64,000 nt of DNA from Woeseiaceae bacterium (GTDB taxonomy: Bacteria; Pseudomonadota; Gammaproteobacteria; Steroidobacterales; Woeseiaceae), in contig JBFGFX010000001.1 of NCBI GenBank assembly GCA_041579335.1, positions 150 through 64,149 on the forward strand, in the 5' to 3' direction. The translations under genes were made by a program, and so were the position numbers. This document shows, in pieces, positions 34,731-44,310 of this stretch; positions within the stretch are counted from its first letter, which is position 1, and each line of letters starts with the position of its first letter. Under the pieces are notes generated by a model. The model ran no database searches, was not told where the DNA came from, and saw only the letters and a list, made by a program, of their open reading frames with translations.

Positions 34731-35288
34731 ATGACCCGCAGACAATGGACCGCGCCGGCCCTGATCGCCGCCGCCCTCATCCCGGCGCTTGCCGCCGCCA
34801 ACCCCGGCCTGTATGTCACCGGCAGTATCGGCAGCGCCAGTCTGGACGAAGACTTCGACGGCTTCTCGGTCTCAGACGACGTCGAGGCGTTCCGCATTCT
34901 CGGCGGCTGGCAGCTCACCGACGCGCTCGGCATCGAAGCCGGCTACCAGAACTTCGGCGACTTCGAGGAGACCGTCGATCTCGGCGGCACGCTCGCGCGC
35001 ACCGTGCTGACGGCAGACGGCTGGACTCTGGGCGGCACGCTCGGCATGCCCGTGGGTCAGAGCGTATCGCTGTTCGGACGTGCCGGCGTATTCGTCTGGG
35101 ATGCCGACGTGCGCGTCGACGGCGTCCGCGCCGCGGTCGACGACGATAGCAACCCCTACTTTGGCGGCGGCGCCAAGGTCGACCTTACCCCGAACTTCTC
35201 GCTGGTCGGCGATTGGACGCGCTACGAGCTCGACGACGTCGATTCTGACGTGATCTCGCTCGGCTTCGAGTATCGCTTCGGCCGATAA
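34731..35288 (+). CDS. outer-membrane beta-barrel protein (OmpA-like/porin family)
   Basis: Track ORF 34686..35288, start re-set to MTRRQWTAPALIAAALIPALAAA (AAGGAG upstream). It has alternating beta-strand patterning and the terminal SLGFEYRFGR. Confidence 0.75.
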   Translation: MTRRQWTAPALIAAALIPALAAANPGLYVTGSIGSASLDEDFDGFSVSDDVEAFRILGGWQLTDALGIEAGYQNFGDFEETVDLGGTLARTVLTADGWTLGGTLGMPVGQSVSLFGRAGVFVWDADVRVDGVRAAVDDDSNPYFGGGAKVDLTPNFSLVGDWTRYELDDVDSDVISLGFEYRFGR

Positions 35289-35309
35289 GGCTGCACTCGC
35301 TTGGGCGCC

Positions 35310-35340
35310 GGGAGGGCCCGCCAGCGCGGGGGGCCCTCCC
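35310..35340. terminator. GC-rich hairpin between convergent genes
   Basis: gggagggccc (35310-35319) pairs with gggccctccc (35331-35340). There is no U-tract. Confidence 0.45.
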
Positions 35341-35344
35341 GCTC

Positions 35345-38300
35345 TCAGTCGGCGGCCGGCCGCGGCTGCGAGATATGACGCTCTGCCTCCAGGAGGTCGG
35401 GCGTCTGCAATCCTTCGGCGAACCCACTATATAAGGTGTGCAGAGATTGCCGCGCAGCCGCGAGCTCCGCGCCGCGGTTCTGCGCGAGGAGCAGCCCTAC
35501 GAGGCTGTTCGTCGCCCGAATCTCGATCATGCTGGCACCGTGGGCTCGCGCCAGTCGAATGGCTTCCTCGAAATCGGCTTGCGCATCCGCCGTTCGCGGC
35601 GGGTCGCAAGCCAGGTTCGTCAATCCACGGATGTGGCGGATGTAGCTTTCGAAATAGTATTCGCCGTTCGAGTGAATCGACTCGAACGCCTGATCCAACA
35701 GCTCGAGCGATTGCCGCGGGCGCTCGGCCTCCCGCTCGGCCTCTGCGATGCCGGCCAGGTAGTAGGACTTGTTGATCGCTGCGCCGGCGGAGAGCCAGGC
35801 GTTCAGCCCGTTCTCGACCAGGGGGATCCCCTCCGCGGTCTCACCGAGCGTGCTCTTGGCAATGCCCAGGTGCATCGTGCAGGCGAGGTGCCAAATGTCG
35901 TAGCCGTGCTCCGCGGCGATCTGCATGCCGAGTTGCGCATGCTCTAACGCTTTCTCGGGCTCTCCCCAGACTTGGTAGAGCTGCGCCGCATGAGTGTGGA
36001 TCAGCGCGAAATTGATCGGATGCTCAAGGCGCTCGGCGAGCGAGAATGCGGTACCGAGGCAATCGGCCGATCGGTCGGGAAGGCCGAGCTGCCAGAGCAC
36101 GAGCGGCAAAAGAGCCAGCGACGCGACGGCCGGATGCTGTGCCGTGACGGGCACGAACTTGTCGTCGCCGTGCGCCTCGTACAGCGAAACACAACGCTCG
36201 AGCACGAGCCGGGATTGCTCGAACTCCCCCGAATAGCAGAGGCTGAAGCCCAATGCGGCGCAGGCCTCGATCAGGTAGTCCACCTGGTCGCCGTCTTCGG
36301 CCAGCCGAACGCACTGTTCGGCCAGCGAGCGCGCCGCCCCGAGCTCGCCGCGAACGAGATGAAAGACGTACAGGCCCAAGAGGATCGGCACGAGCTCGGT
36401 CGTCTGACCGAGCTGCTCCGATAGCTCGTGCGCGCGTTTGTAGGTCTCTTCGACCTGCTCGGCGGAGTATCCGAATGTCGCCTCCAGATTGGGTCCCAAG
36501 GCAATCTGTAGCTCGAGCTCGAGCTGTAACCGCGTTCGGTCGTCGGGCACATCGCTCAACATGCCGAGCGCGGTGTTCAGGTGGCGTACCGCTTCCAAGT
36601 GCGCGGCACGCTCCTTCGCCAACTTGCCGGCATCCAGCCAGTAGTGGATTGCCGTCAGCGTGTCGCCCGACTGGGTGTAGTGATGAGCCAACAACGCCGG
36701 CCGCACCTGGCCGGTTTCGCTGACCTTGCGTTCGATTTGAGCCGCAACCTCGCGGTGCAGCTCCCGGCGCTGCTCGCGCAGCATCGTGAAGTAGGCCGCA
36801 TCCCGAATCAGCGCGTGGCGGAACTCGTAGGTCGACTCCGGCGGTTCCCCGCGGCCAGTGATGAGCTGAGCGGTGATGAGTTGGCCGAGCGCTCTGATCA
36901 ATTCGCCACGATCCAAGGAACAGATCGCCGCGAGGAACTCGTAGGAGAACTCGCGGCCGATGGCCGCGCCGATTTGTGCGACCTCTTTCGCCTCCGATAG
37001 CTGATCGAGCCGAGCCATCAACGAATCCTGCAGAGTGTTCGGAATGGAGATTTCCGGCGCCGCCTCGGTCAGAAAATACTCCTCATCGGACTCCGCCAGA
37101 AGGCCCGATGCGATGACGGTTTTCGTCAGTTCCTCGACGAACAGCGGGATACCGTCGGACTTCACGATGATCTGCTCCAGCACTTCCTGCGGCAGGGACT
37201 TGCCACCGCACACGCGCTCGACCACCGCTCGACTCTCGTGCGCAGTCAGGCGCTGCAGCTCCAGCGGGGTGCAGGCGGACTCAGGCCATGACGATTCGAA
37301 TTCGGGGCGTGCCGTCATCACCAGCATGACCGGCAGCGTTCGAATACGATCGACGATCAGGCCCAATAGTTGTCGCGTCGTCGGATCAACCCAGTGCAGG
37401 TCCTCGAAGATCATCAGCACGGGTGCGTCTCGCGCGAGGTCTTCCAGCTGCGACAGGACGCAACGAAAAATGCTGTCGCGAAACAAACGCGGACTCAAGT
37501 TGAGCGGTGCATACGAATCCTCCGTCGGCAGCGACAAGAGAGTGGCGTACAAAGGGACGATGTCCGGCTCGACGCCGGTATGACGTTGCAGAGAACGCTC
37601 CAGCTTACGCAGCCGAGTGCCGGGATCATCGTCAGCTGAGAACCCGGCGGCACGTTCGAGCTGACCGATCACGGAGATCAAGGCACTGTTCTGTTGATAC
37701 GGTGTGCAGTAGTAGCGCAGCAGCGTATGCGGGAGCTTCGCAAACGCGTTCCGAATCGCGATCGTCATTCGGGATTTGCCGATTCCGGGCTCGCCCTTCA
37801 GCAGCACCGCGTGGCCTCGGCCGTCGATCGACCGATCCTTGACGCGGTTCAACAGGTCGAGCTCGGAATCGCGGCCGACCACGTGAGTAAGACTGATGTA
37901 GGCGTGCGTAGCCTCGAATCGGCTTTCGACGATGGCCTCGCGCTTGACCCCCCAGGCGTGCACCGGTTCGTCAAAGCCGCTCAGGGTGAGAAGGCCCAGG
38001 TCCTCGTATTCGAACAGGCCGCCGGCCAACCGGCGAGTCTGGTCACTGACGACGACGGTGTCCGGCGCGGCATGACTTTGCAACCGGGCCGCAAGATTGG
38101 GGGTCGCGCCCATCACGGTGCGTTCGAGCGTCAAGCCGCTTTGGATGACGTCGCCGGCGATGACCTCGCCGGTCGCGACGCCCACACGCGTCTCGAGCTT
38201 CAGGCCTGGCAGCACCTCGAGCGCCGACACCGCGTTGACGACCTCGAGGCCTGCGCGAATCGCCTTCTCGGGATCGTATTCGCTGGCGACGGGATAGCCG

Positions 38301-38722
38301 AAATAGACCAGCAGCCCGTCGCCCATGGACCGGCCGATGTTTCCGCCCGAGTCAGCGATAACCTCCGAACAGCATTCCTGAAAGGCAATGATGATCTTGC
38401 GAAGATCGTCACGGTCGTATCGCACGGAGAGAGCGGTAGAGCCTACCAGGTCGCAGAACATCACGGTCAACTGTCGCTGTTCTGCGTGCGCCGTCTCGAT
38501 CTGCGTCGTCGCGCGGGTCGAATCGCGCAGCGCCTTTTGGGGGCAGCTCGACGCGATCGACTTTAGGATTCTTTTGCGGTGCCCTAAGGAGACACCAATG
38601 TCGGCGAGGTCCCGATCGGAGAGATCGGGAAGGACATCCATGTCGATGTCATGGTCTTCGAAGCAGTCGGCGTATTTTTCCAGGCCAAGTTCGTTGAGCC
38701 ACGTCCGTAATTCTTTGCTCAT
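35345..38722 (-). CDS. SAM domain - class III adenylate/guanylate cyclase - AAA/STAND ATPase - TPR multidomain signalling protein
   Basis: Track ORF 35345..38968, start re-set to MSKELRTWLNELGLEKYADCF (SAM; ATG 38722). The cyclase domain shows RQLTVMFCDLVGSTALS ... GVATGEVIAGD, followed by the P-loop LLKGEPGIGKSR and a long TPR region. Confidence 0.85.
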   Translation of the reverse strand: MSKELRTWLNELGLEKYADCFEDHDIDMDVLPDLSDRDLADIGVSLGHRKRILKSIASSCPQKALRDSTRATTQIETAHAEQRQLTVMFCDLVGSTALSVRYDRDDLRKIIIAFQECCSEVIADSGGNIGRSMGDGLLVYFGYPVASEYDPEKAIRAGLEVVNAVSALEVLPGLKLETRVGVATGEVIAGDVIQSGLTLERTVMGATPNLAARLQSHAAPDTVVVSDQTRRLAGGLFEYEDLGLLTLSGFDEPVHAWGVKREAIVESRFEATHAYISLTHVVGRDSELDLLNRVKDRSIDGRGHAVLLKGEPGIGKSRMTIAIRNAFAKLPHTLLRYYCTPYQQNSALISVIGQLERAAGFSADDDPGTRLRKLERSLQRHTGVEPDIVPLYATLLSLPTEDSYAPLNLSPRLFRDSIFRCVLSQLEDLARDAPVLMIFEDLHWVDPTTRQLLGLIVDRIRTLPVMLVMTARPEFESSWPESACTPLELQRLTAHESRAVVERVCGGKSLPQEVLEQIIVKSDGIPLFVEELTKTVIASGLLAESDEEYFLTEAAPEISIPNTLQDSLMARLDQLSEAKEVAQIGAAIGREFSYEFLAAICSLDRGELIRALGQLITAQLITGRGEPPESTYEFRHALIRDAAYFTMLREQRRELHREVAAQIERKVSETGQVRPALLAHHYTQSGDTLTAIHYWLDAGKLAKERAAHLEAVRHLNTALGMLSDVPDDRTRLQLELELQIALGPNLEATFGYSAEQVEETYKRAHELSEQLGQTTELVPILLGLYVFHLVRGELGAARSLAEQCVRLAEDGDQVDYLIEACAALGFSLCYSGEFEQSRLVLERCVSLYEAHGDDKFVPVTAQHPAVASLALLPLVLWQLGLPDRSADCLGTAFSLAERLEHPINFALIHTHAAQLYQVWGEPEKALEHAQLGMQIAAEHGYDIWHLACTMHLGIAKSTLGETAEGIPLVENGLNAWLSAGAAINKSYYLAGIAEAEREAERPRQSLELLDQAFESIHSNGEYYFESYIRHIRGLTNLACDPPRTADAQADFEEAIRLARAHGASMIEIRATNSLVGLLLAQNRGAELAAARQSLHTLYSGFAEGLQTPDLLEAERHISQPRPAAD

Positions 38723-38786
38723 ATTGGCTGGTGTACTAGAATTCTCGGGGCAGCGTAGCACAAACGATCGCTGAGCCGGGTGGATC

Positions 38787-41240
38787 ATGCATATGGAATG
38801 GTGCGACGTGGGACGAACGAGAAACAGTCTATCAACTCCGGCATTGGCCCAGGCCGTATGTGGCTTAATCGCGACGTTTTCCCTGGCGAATCCCACTGTT
38901 TTCGCGCAGACGAACGACGATGACGACAGCTTCGATGCCGAGATCACCAAGACGCTCGAGGAGATCATCGTCAGGGCCGAGAAGCGTTCGAATCAAGTCG
39001 TTCAGGATCTGCCGCTCGCCATTTCGGTGCTGACGGAAGAGACGATCCGTCATTCCGGGATGGAGACGATCATGCGTCTGACCGACCTGCATCCGAGCGT
39101 GTTCTTCGATCAGGCCCACAGCTTTCAGAACTCCAGTCTCAAAGTGCGCGGTATTGGCACATTTGGTAACGGCCGCACATTTGAGGGTGCCGTGGGCGTG
39201 TTTACGGACGGCGTCTACCGGACGAGATCCGGCATGGCGTTGTCGGAGCTCTTAGACGTCGACAACGTGCAGGTACTGCGCGGTCCGCAGGGGACCCTGT
39301 TCGGCAAGAACACGGTGGCCGGCGCCATTTCGCTCGAGAGTGTGAGTCCCGATCCGAACGAGGTGTCGGGATTTGCGGAAGCGCGCGCCGGCAATCTGGA
39401 TACGCAGTACCTGACCGCTGCGGTCAACGTCCCGGTGGGCAACGACTCGGCGTTGCGGCTGGCCGGTGTCATGCACCAGCGAGACGGCTCGATCGTGAGC
39501 CCCGACAACGACGACCAGTACAACAGCGTCGATCGCTACGGGCTGAAGGCCCAGTACCTGTACAGCCCCCATGACGGGCTCGAGGCCTGGATCATCGCCG
39601 ACCATGCGGAGTCCGATGCCGAATGCTGCTGGGCGACGGCGAACGTGTTCAACGGACCGACGGCGCCGCTGATCGAGACGTATGCGGGCTTGAACGGCCT
39701 GACCTTCGTGCAGCCGCCGGTGGCCGAACGCGAGCGGTTGCAGTCCTTGAACACGCTGCCGACGGAGGAGGTCGAGGACTCGGGGCTGACCGCGATCGTG
39801 CGCTGGGAGCTCGGCGAGTCATCCCTGCGATCGATCTCCGCCTACCGGCGCTGGGAGCACCGTCACGTCGAAGCGGATCCGGACTTTGTTGCGGCCGACC
39901 TGTTCATCCTGAACGAACCAACGGAAATCACCACGCTGTCGCAGGAGTTCAACTGGTCGTTGCCGCTGGGTCCGATGGAGACGGCCGGCGAATCGGATCT
40001 GCTATTGGGCGCCTATTTCGCGAAAGAGGACTTCGAGAGCACGCGCTCCGCAGAGACCGGTGCAGACGCCGACAACTACTTGAACGCTCTGGTGAGCGCT
40101 GGCCAAGGCGCCGTCGCCTGCCTGCCGCCCGTGGTTGCGGCCGACTGTCTGTTTCCGGTCGGCATCGGTGCGCTGCTGCCCGACGGCGAGTTTACGAGAG
40201 AGTTCTATTTCCAGGACACGACTACCTACGCGCTGTTCGCGCATGCGCGATGGGATTTCAGCAGCGATGCGCGACTCGTCACCGGAATCAGGTACAGCAT
40301 CGAGGACAAGGACGGCGGCGTCGACAATCTTTTCTGGTACGACTCGGCCATCGTCCGTGCCGCACTCGAAGCCGCCGGCATACCCGACGACGGCACGCCG
40401 CGGAACGGACTCGATCTGATCGGCACCGTGTACAGTCCGTCGTTCGTCGATGAAACGGAGGACAGGGAAGTCACTGGCACGATTTCCTTTCAATACTACG
40501 GCATTCCCGACGTGATGATGTTCGTTGGCTTCCGCCGAGGCTACAAAGCTGGCGGCGTCAATCTGTTCCGCGAAGGCGTGGTGTCGAATACGACCACCTA
40601 CGAACCGGAGTTCGTCGACCACTTCGAAGCGGGGCTCAAGGCGGACTACTGGGCGAACAAAGCGAGAACGAATGTTGCGGTGTTCCATTCGACGTTCACG
40701 GATCTGCAGTTCAACTTCTTCACCGGCCTCGAGTTCCGCACCGAGAATACCGGCGAGGCGACGTCCAAGGGCGTCGAGCTGGAGAATCAGTTTCAGGTTA
40801 CCGACGAGCTCCGGCTCGACCTGTCCGTGACCTACCTGGATTCGCAGTTCGATCAGTTGAACAACCCGTTCCTGTCCTATCTGGACGGTCGCGATACGCC
40901 AAGAGCGCCGCGCTGGGCCGGGATCGCGTCGCTCTTCTACGAGCTGCCGCTCGGCAATGGCCTCAACCTTTTCGCGCGGGGAATGGGCTCGTACACGGGC
41001 AGTCATTTCGTCGGCGCGGATGTGCCGAACGAACAGAAGGTTGACAGCTATGTCATCGCCGACGCGAACCTCGGCATTCGACGCGACGACGGCAGCTGGG
41101 AGATTATGGCCTGGTGCCGCAACTGCGGCGACGAGACATATAGGACGATCTTCTTCAATTCGACCTTCCAGCCAGGGTCGTTCACGACCTATCTGAATAA
41201 CCCCCGCCTGTACGGTGTCTCGTTGCGCTACGCGTTTTGA
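38787..41240 (+). CDS. TonB-dependent receptor
   Basis: Track ORF of 817 aa. It has a signal peptide, a plug domain (IIVRAEKRS ... LKVRGIG ... VQVLRGPQGTLFGKNTVAGAISL) and the C-terminal YGVSLRYAF. Confidence 0.9.
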   Translation: MHMEWCDVGRTRNSLSTPALAQAVCGLIATFSLANPTVFAQTNDDDDSFDAEITKTLEEIIVRAEKRSNQVVQDLPLAISVLTEETIRHSGMETIMRLTDLHPSVFFDQAHSFQNSSLKVRGIGTFGNGRTFEGAVGVFTDGVYRTRSGMALSELLDVDNVQVLRGPQGTLFGKNTVAGAISLESVSPDPNEVSGFAEARAGNLDTQYLTAAVNVPVGNDSALRLAGVMHQRDGSIVSPDNDDQYNSVDRYGLKAQYLYSPHDGLEAWIIADHAESDAECCWATANVFNGPTAPLIETYAGLNGLTFVQPPVAERERLQSLNTLPTEEVEDSGLTAIVRWELGESSLRSISAYRRWEHRHVEADPDFVAADLFILNEPTEITTLSQEFNWSLPLGPMETAGESDLLLGAYFAKEDFESTRSAETGADADNYLNALVSAGQGAVACLPPVVAADCLFPVGIGALLPDGEFTREFYFQDTTTYALFAHARWDFSSDARLVTGIRYSIEDKDGGVDNLFWYDSAIVRAALEAAGIPDDGTPRNGLDLIGTVYSPSFVDETEDREVTGTISFQYYGIPDVMMFVGFRRGYKAGGVNLFREGVVSNTTTYEPEFVDHFEAGLKADYWANKARTNVAVFHSTFTDLQFNFFTGLEFRTENTGEATSKGVELENQFQVTDELRLDLSVTYLDSQFDQLNNPFLSYLDGRDTPRAPRWAGIASLFYELPLGNGLNLFARGMGSYTGSHFVGADVPNEQKVDSYVIADANLGIRRDDGSWEIMAWCRNCGDETYRTIFFNSTFQPGSFTTYLNNPRLYGVSLRYAF

Positions 41241-43420
41241 CGAGCGACGACGACAACAAGCCGATCAAGGTAGCGGTGGTCGGCGGCGGCTGTGCCTCGA
41301 TCGCCGCGGCCTTCGAGCTGTCGCGCCCGGAGCATGCCGGTAAGTACGAGGTGACCGTCTATCAGCTGGGCTGGCGTCTCGGTGGCAAGGGCGCGTCCGG
41401 TCGCGGCGCCGCCGATCGGATCGAGGAGCACGGGCTGCACGTGTGGCTGGGTTTCTACGAGAATGCCTTTCGTCTGATGCGCGAGTGCTACGCGGAGCTG
41501 GGCCGCGACCCGAGTGTCTGCCCGATCGCGGACTGGCGGGATGCGTTTTTTCCGGATCCGTGCGTTGGCATGGCGGACGTCGGCAGGGACGGCCGTTGGC
41601 TGCAGTGGACGGCGATGTTTCCATCCGCGAGAGGTCTCCCGGGCGACTCGCTCAGCGAACACAACCCGTTCACGATAATGGGCTACGTCAGTCGTACGAT
41701 CGCATTGCTGAAGACGCTGCTGACCGGGGTCACGACTCATCGCGACGCCGACACGGCTTCTCCGGACGTTGCGGTCGAGGTGCCGAGCGGCGGTGCTCGA
41801 CTATCGGCCCGCGAGGTCAGCTCGATCGTCAATCGCCTGCTGAAGATCGTGGCGCTCGGCGCTACGGCCGGCATCATCGAGGCGCTGGCGGTGGCGGAGG
41901 TGCTGATTCGCACGGGCTCGAAGGATTCGTCGAATACGGTCGTCAAGCTCCTGCAGGAAATCGCTCGGTCCGTCCGTGACAGCCTCGAGCGTTTGTTCGA
42001 TGAAAACGACGAAGTCCGCTACAAATGGGAGATCATCGACCTGGTCATCGCGATACTCGTCGGCATCATTCGCGAAGGCCTGATCGCCGATCCCCGAGGA
42101 TTCGACGCGATCGACGATCAGGAATGCCGTCAATGGTTGCTCGACAACGGGGCGTCGCCCAAGTCGGTCGATTCGGCGTTCGTCCGCGGGCTTTTCGATC
42201 TCGCGATGGCCTATCCCGGCGGTGACTTCGAACGGCCGGCGCTGGCGGCAGGGCAGGCGATACGCGGATCCCTGCGCATGTTCTTTACCTACCGGGGCGC
42301 CATGTTCTGGAAGATGCGCGCCGGCATGGGCGACGTCGTGTTCGCGCCGTTTTACGAAGTGTTGAAGAAGCGGGGCGTGCGATTCGAATTTTTTCATCGG
42401 CTCGAAAACGTAAGGCTGTCGGCCCCTCGGGAGCTTGTGCCCGGTGACGGGCCGCACGTCACGGCGCTCGAGTTCGACGTTCAGGCTACGACGAAGAATG
42501 GTGATGAGTACGATCCGTTGGTCGACGTGGACGGCCTGCCGTGCTGGCCGGCGAGGCCCGACTACGACCAGCTCTTGGGCGGTGATCGGATCGAAGCAGA
42601 GGGCTGGCGTTTCGAGTCGTTCTGGGATCGCAATCGAGTGGCCGGCAAGACGCTGCGCGTCGGCGAGGACTTCGACTTCGTCGTCTTGGGCGTCGGAATC
42701 GGCGCCATCCCACACGTCTGCTCGGAGCTCGTCGACCGCGATGAACGCTGGCGTGCGATGGTCGAGCACGTCAAGACCGTGCCGAGCCAGGCGTTTCAGA
42801 TCTGGCTCCGAGAGGACCTCGAGACCTTGGGCTGGCCGGACCCGCCGCCGACGATCTCGGCGTTTGCGAAGCCGTTCGACACCTGGAGTGACATGACCCA
42901 TCTCGTCGAGCAAGAGTCCTGGACGGCCAAGCCGGGCGCGATCGCCTATTTCTGCAGCGCGCTCGGCGACGGCGTCGATACGAGCCGGCGCGCCGACGAT
43001 GGCTATCCACGGCGTCGCGAGCGCGAGGTTCGGGCGAATGCGGTTCGTTTCCTCGAGGAGAACATCAAGCACTTGTGGCCGAATGCGGTCGATGGCGACG
43101 GCCGGTTTCGCTGGGAGCTCCTGATGGACCCGGCCGATCCGCTGCGGCAGCGACACGGTGCTGAAGCTTTCGACAGCCAGTTTTGGACCGCCAACGTCGA
43201 CCCGTCGGATCGATACACGCTCGCGCCGCCCGGCAGCATCAAATACCGGATATCGCCTTTGGATAACACATATGACAATTTGACCATCGCCGGCGATTGG
43301 ACGGCCTGCGGCTTCAACGAAGGCTGCGTCGAGGCCGCGATCATGTCGGGTCGCCTGGCGGCGCACGCCTTGAGCAAAAGACCGGCATTGGCCGCGATCA
43401 TAGGCTATGATCATCCTTAG
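41237..43420 (+). CDS. large FAD/NAD(P)-binding oxidoreductase, amine-oxidase/phytoene-desaturase superfamily (COG3349-like)
   Basis: Track ORF of 727 aa with a TTG start that overlaps the receptor's TGA. It has the Rossmann motif KVAVVGGGCASIAAAFELS, then LGGKGASGR and the C-terminal NLTIAGDWTACGFNEGCVEAAIMSGRLAA. Confidence 0.8.
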   Translation: MTSDDDNKPIKVAVVGGGCASIAAAFELSRPEHAGKYEVTVYQLGWRLGGKGASGRGAADRIEEHGLHVWLGFYENAFRLMRECYAELGRDPSVCPIADWRDAFFPDPCVGMADVGRDGRWLQWTAMFPSARGLPGDSLSEHNPFTIMGYVSRTIALLKTLLTGVTTHRDADTASPDVAVEVPSGGARLSAREVSSIVNRLLKIVALGATAGIIEALAVAEVLIRTGSKDSSNTVVKLLQEIARSVRDSLERLFDENDEVRYKWEIIDLVIAILVGIIREGLIADPRGFDAIDDQECRQWLLDNGASPKSVDSAFVRGLFDLAMAYPGGDFERPALAAGQAIRGSLRMFFTYRGAMFWKMRAGMGDVVFAPFYEVLKKRGVRFEFFHRLENVRLSAPRELVPGDGPHVTALEFDVQATTKNGDEYDPLVDVDGLPCWPARPDYDQLLGGDRIEAEGWRFESFWDRNRVAGKTLRVGEDFDFVVLGVGIGAIPHVCSELVDRDERWRAMVEHVKTVPSQAFQIWLREDLETLGWPDPPPTISAFAKPFDTWSDMTHLVEQESWTAKPGAIAYFCSALGDGVDTSRRADDGYPRRREREVRANAVRFLEENIKHLWPNAVDGDGRFRWELLMDPADPLRQRHGAEAFDSQFWTANVDPSDRYTLAPPGSIKYRISPLDNTYDNLTIAGDWTACGFNEGCVEAAIMSGRLAAHALSKRPALAAIIGYDHP

Positions 43421-43548
43421 CGAATAAACGACCGTAATAACAACGACATCCTGCGCCGGACCGACGTCGAACCATCCTTGCTGACGATCTACGTCGAGCT
43501 CGAGCGACGTAGCGCTCTGCCGTCGAGCCGGAAACGGGAACGACAAAT

Positions 43549-44307
43549 ATGACAAGACGCGTGCGTCGAGAACCGCCGGAGCGATCGGCGCCCATACGGA
43601 ACTGGAGCACGCTCTTTCGGCACTCGGACTCTTGGAATATGGAAATGGACGGCGATCCCTCGAAGTCGAAAGACGACAGCCGAGACCGGCGTAGCTTCGA
43701 AAGCGTCGCATCGGATGCGGTCGCGAAGGGCTACAAGGTCATCGAGGAACAGATTCGTCAAGGTCAACAGTTCGCCCGCGATTTCGCCGATCGCTCGCTC
43801 GACGCCGGCGTGCTCAGCGGCGACACGTCCGATCTGATAGAGCGCATCATGACCTTCTATACCGACCTGGGCGCGCTCTGGTTCGAGATGATCGAGTCGC
43901 TCGCGCGCAACCCGGCACTGCGAGATCTCATGCCGAATCGCCGTAACAACGGTGCGGACGGTCCCACGAACGGCGCCGGCAACGGAACCGGTCACGCAAG
44001 TATCCCGGTCGAGATCGTATCGCCGGTGCGGACGGACGTTAAGATGATACTGGATCTTCAGAGTCTGTCGGCCGGCGGAGCACCGGGCGTTCATGAGCTG
44101 CGGTCATTGGATTCGGCGAAGCCGCCCATCCGGAACGTCGTATTTGACCCGGGCACGGACAGCTGGAGTCCCGTCCTGCGGGTTACGATCGAACAGGGTC
44201 AACCGGCCGACACATATACGGGCGTCATCATCGACACGGCCACCAACGAACCGCTCGGAACGCTCTGTATTCGAATCGCCGACGCAGAGCCCAGAGATTT
44301 CCGCTAG
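43549..44307 (+). CDS. hypothetical protein (no recognised domain)
   Basis: Track ORF of 252 aa with coding-like composition. An alternative start is ATG 43639. Only 3 nt separate it from the downstream polyprenyl synthase gene. Confidence 0.6.
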   Translation: MTRRVRREPPERSAPIRNWSTLFRHSDSWNMEMDGDPSKSKDDSRDRRSFESVASDAVAKGYKVIEEQIRQGQQFARDFADRSLDAGVLSGDTSDLIERIMTFYTDLGALWFEMIESLARNPALRDLMPNRRNNGADGPTNGAGNGTGHASIPVEIVSPVRTDVKMILDLQSLSAGGAPGVHELRSLDSAKPPIRNVVFDPGTDSWSPVLRVTIEQGQPADTYTGVIIDTATNEPLGTLCIRIADAEPRDFR

Positions 44308-44310
44308 ACC

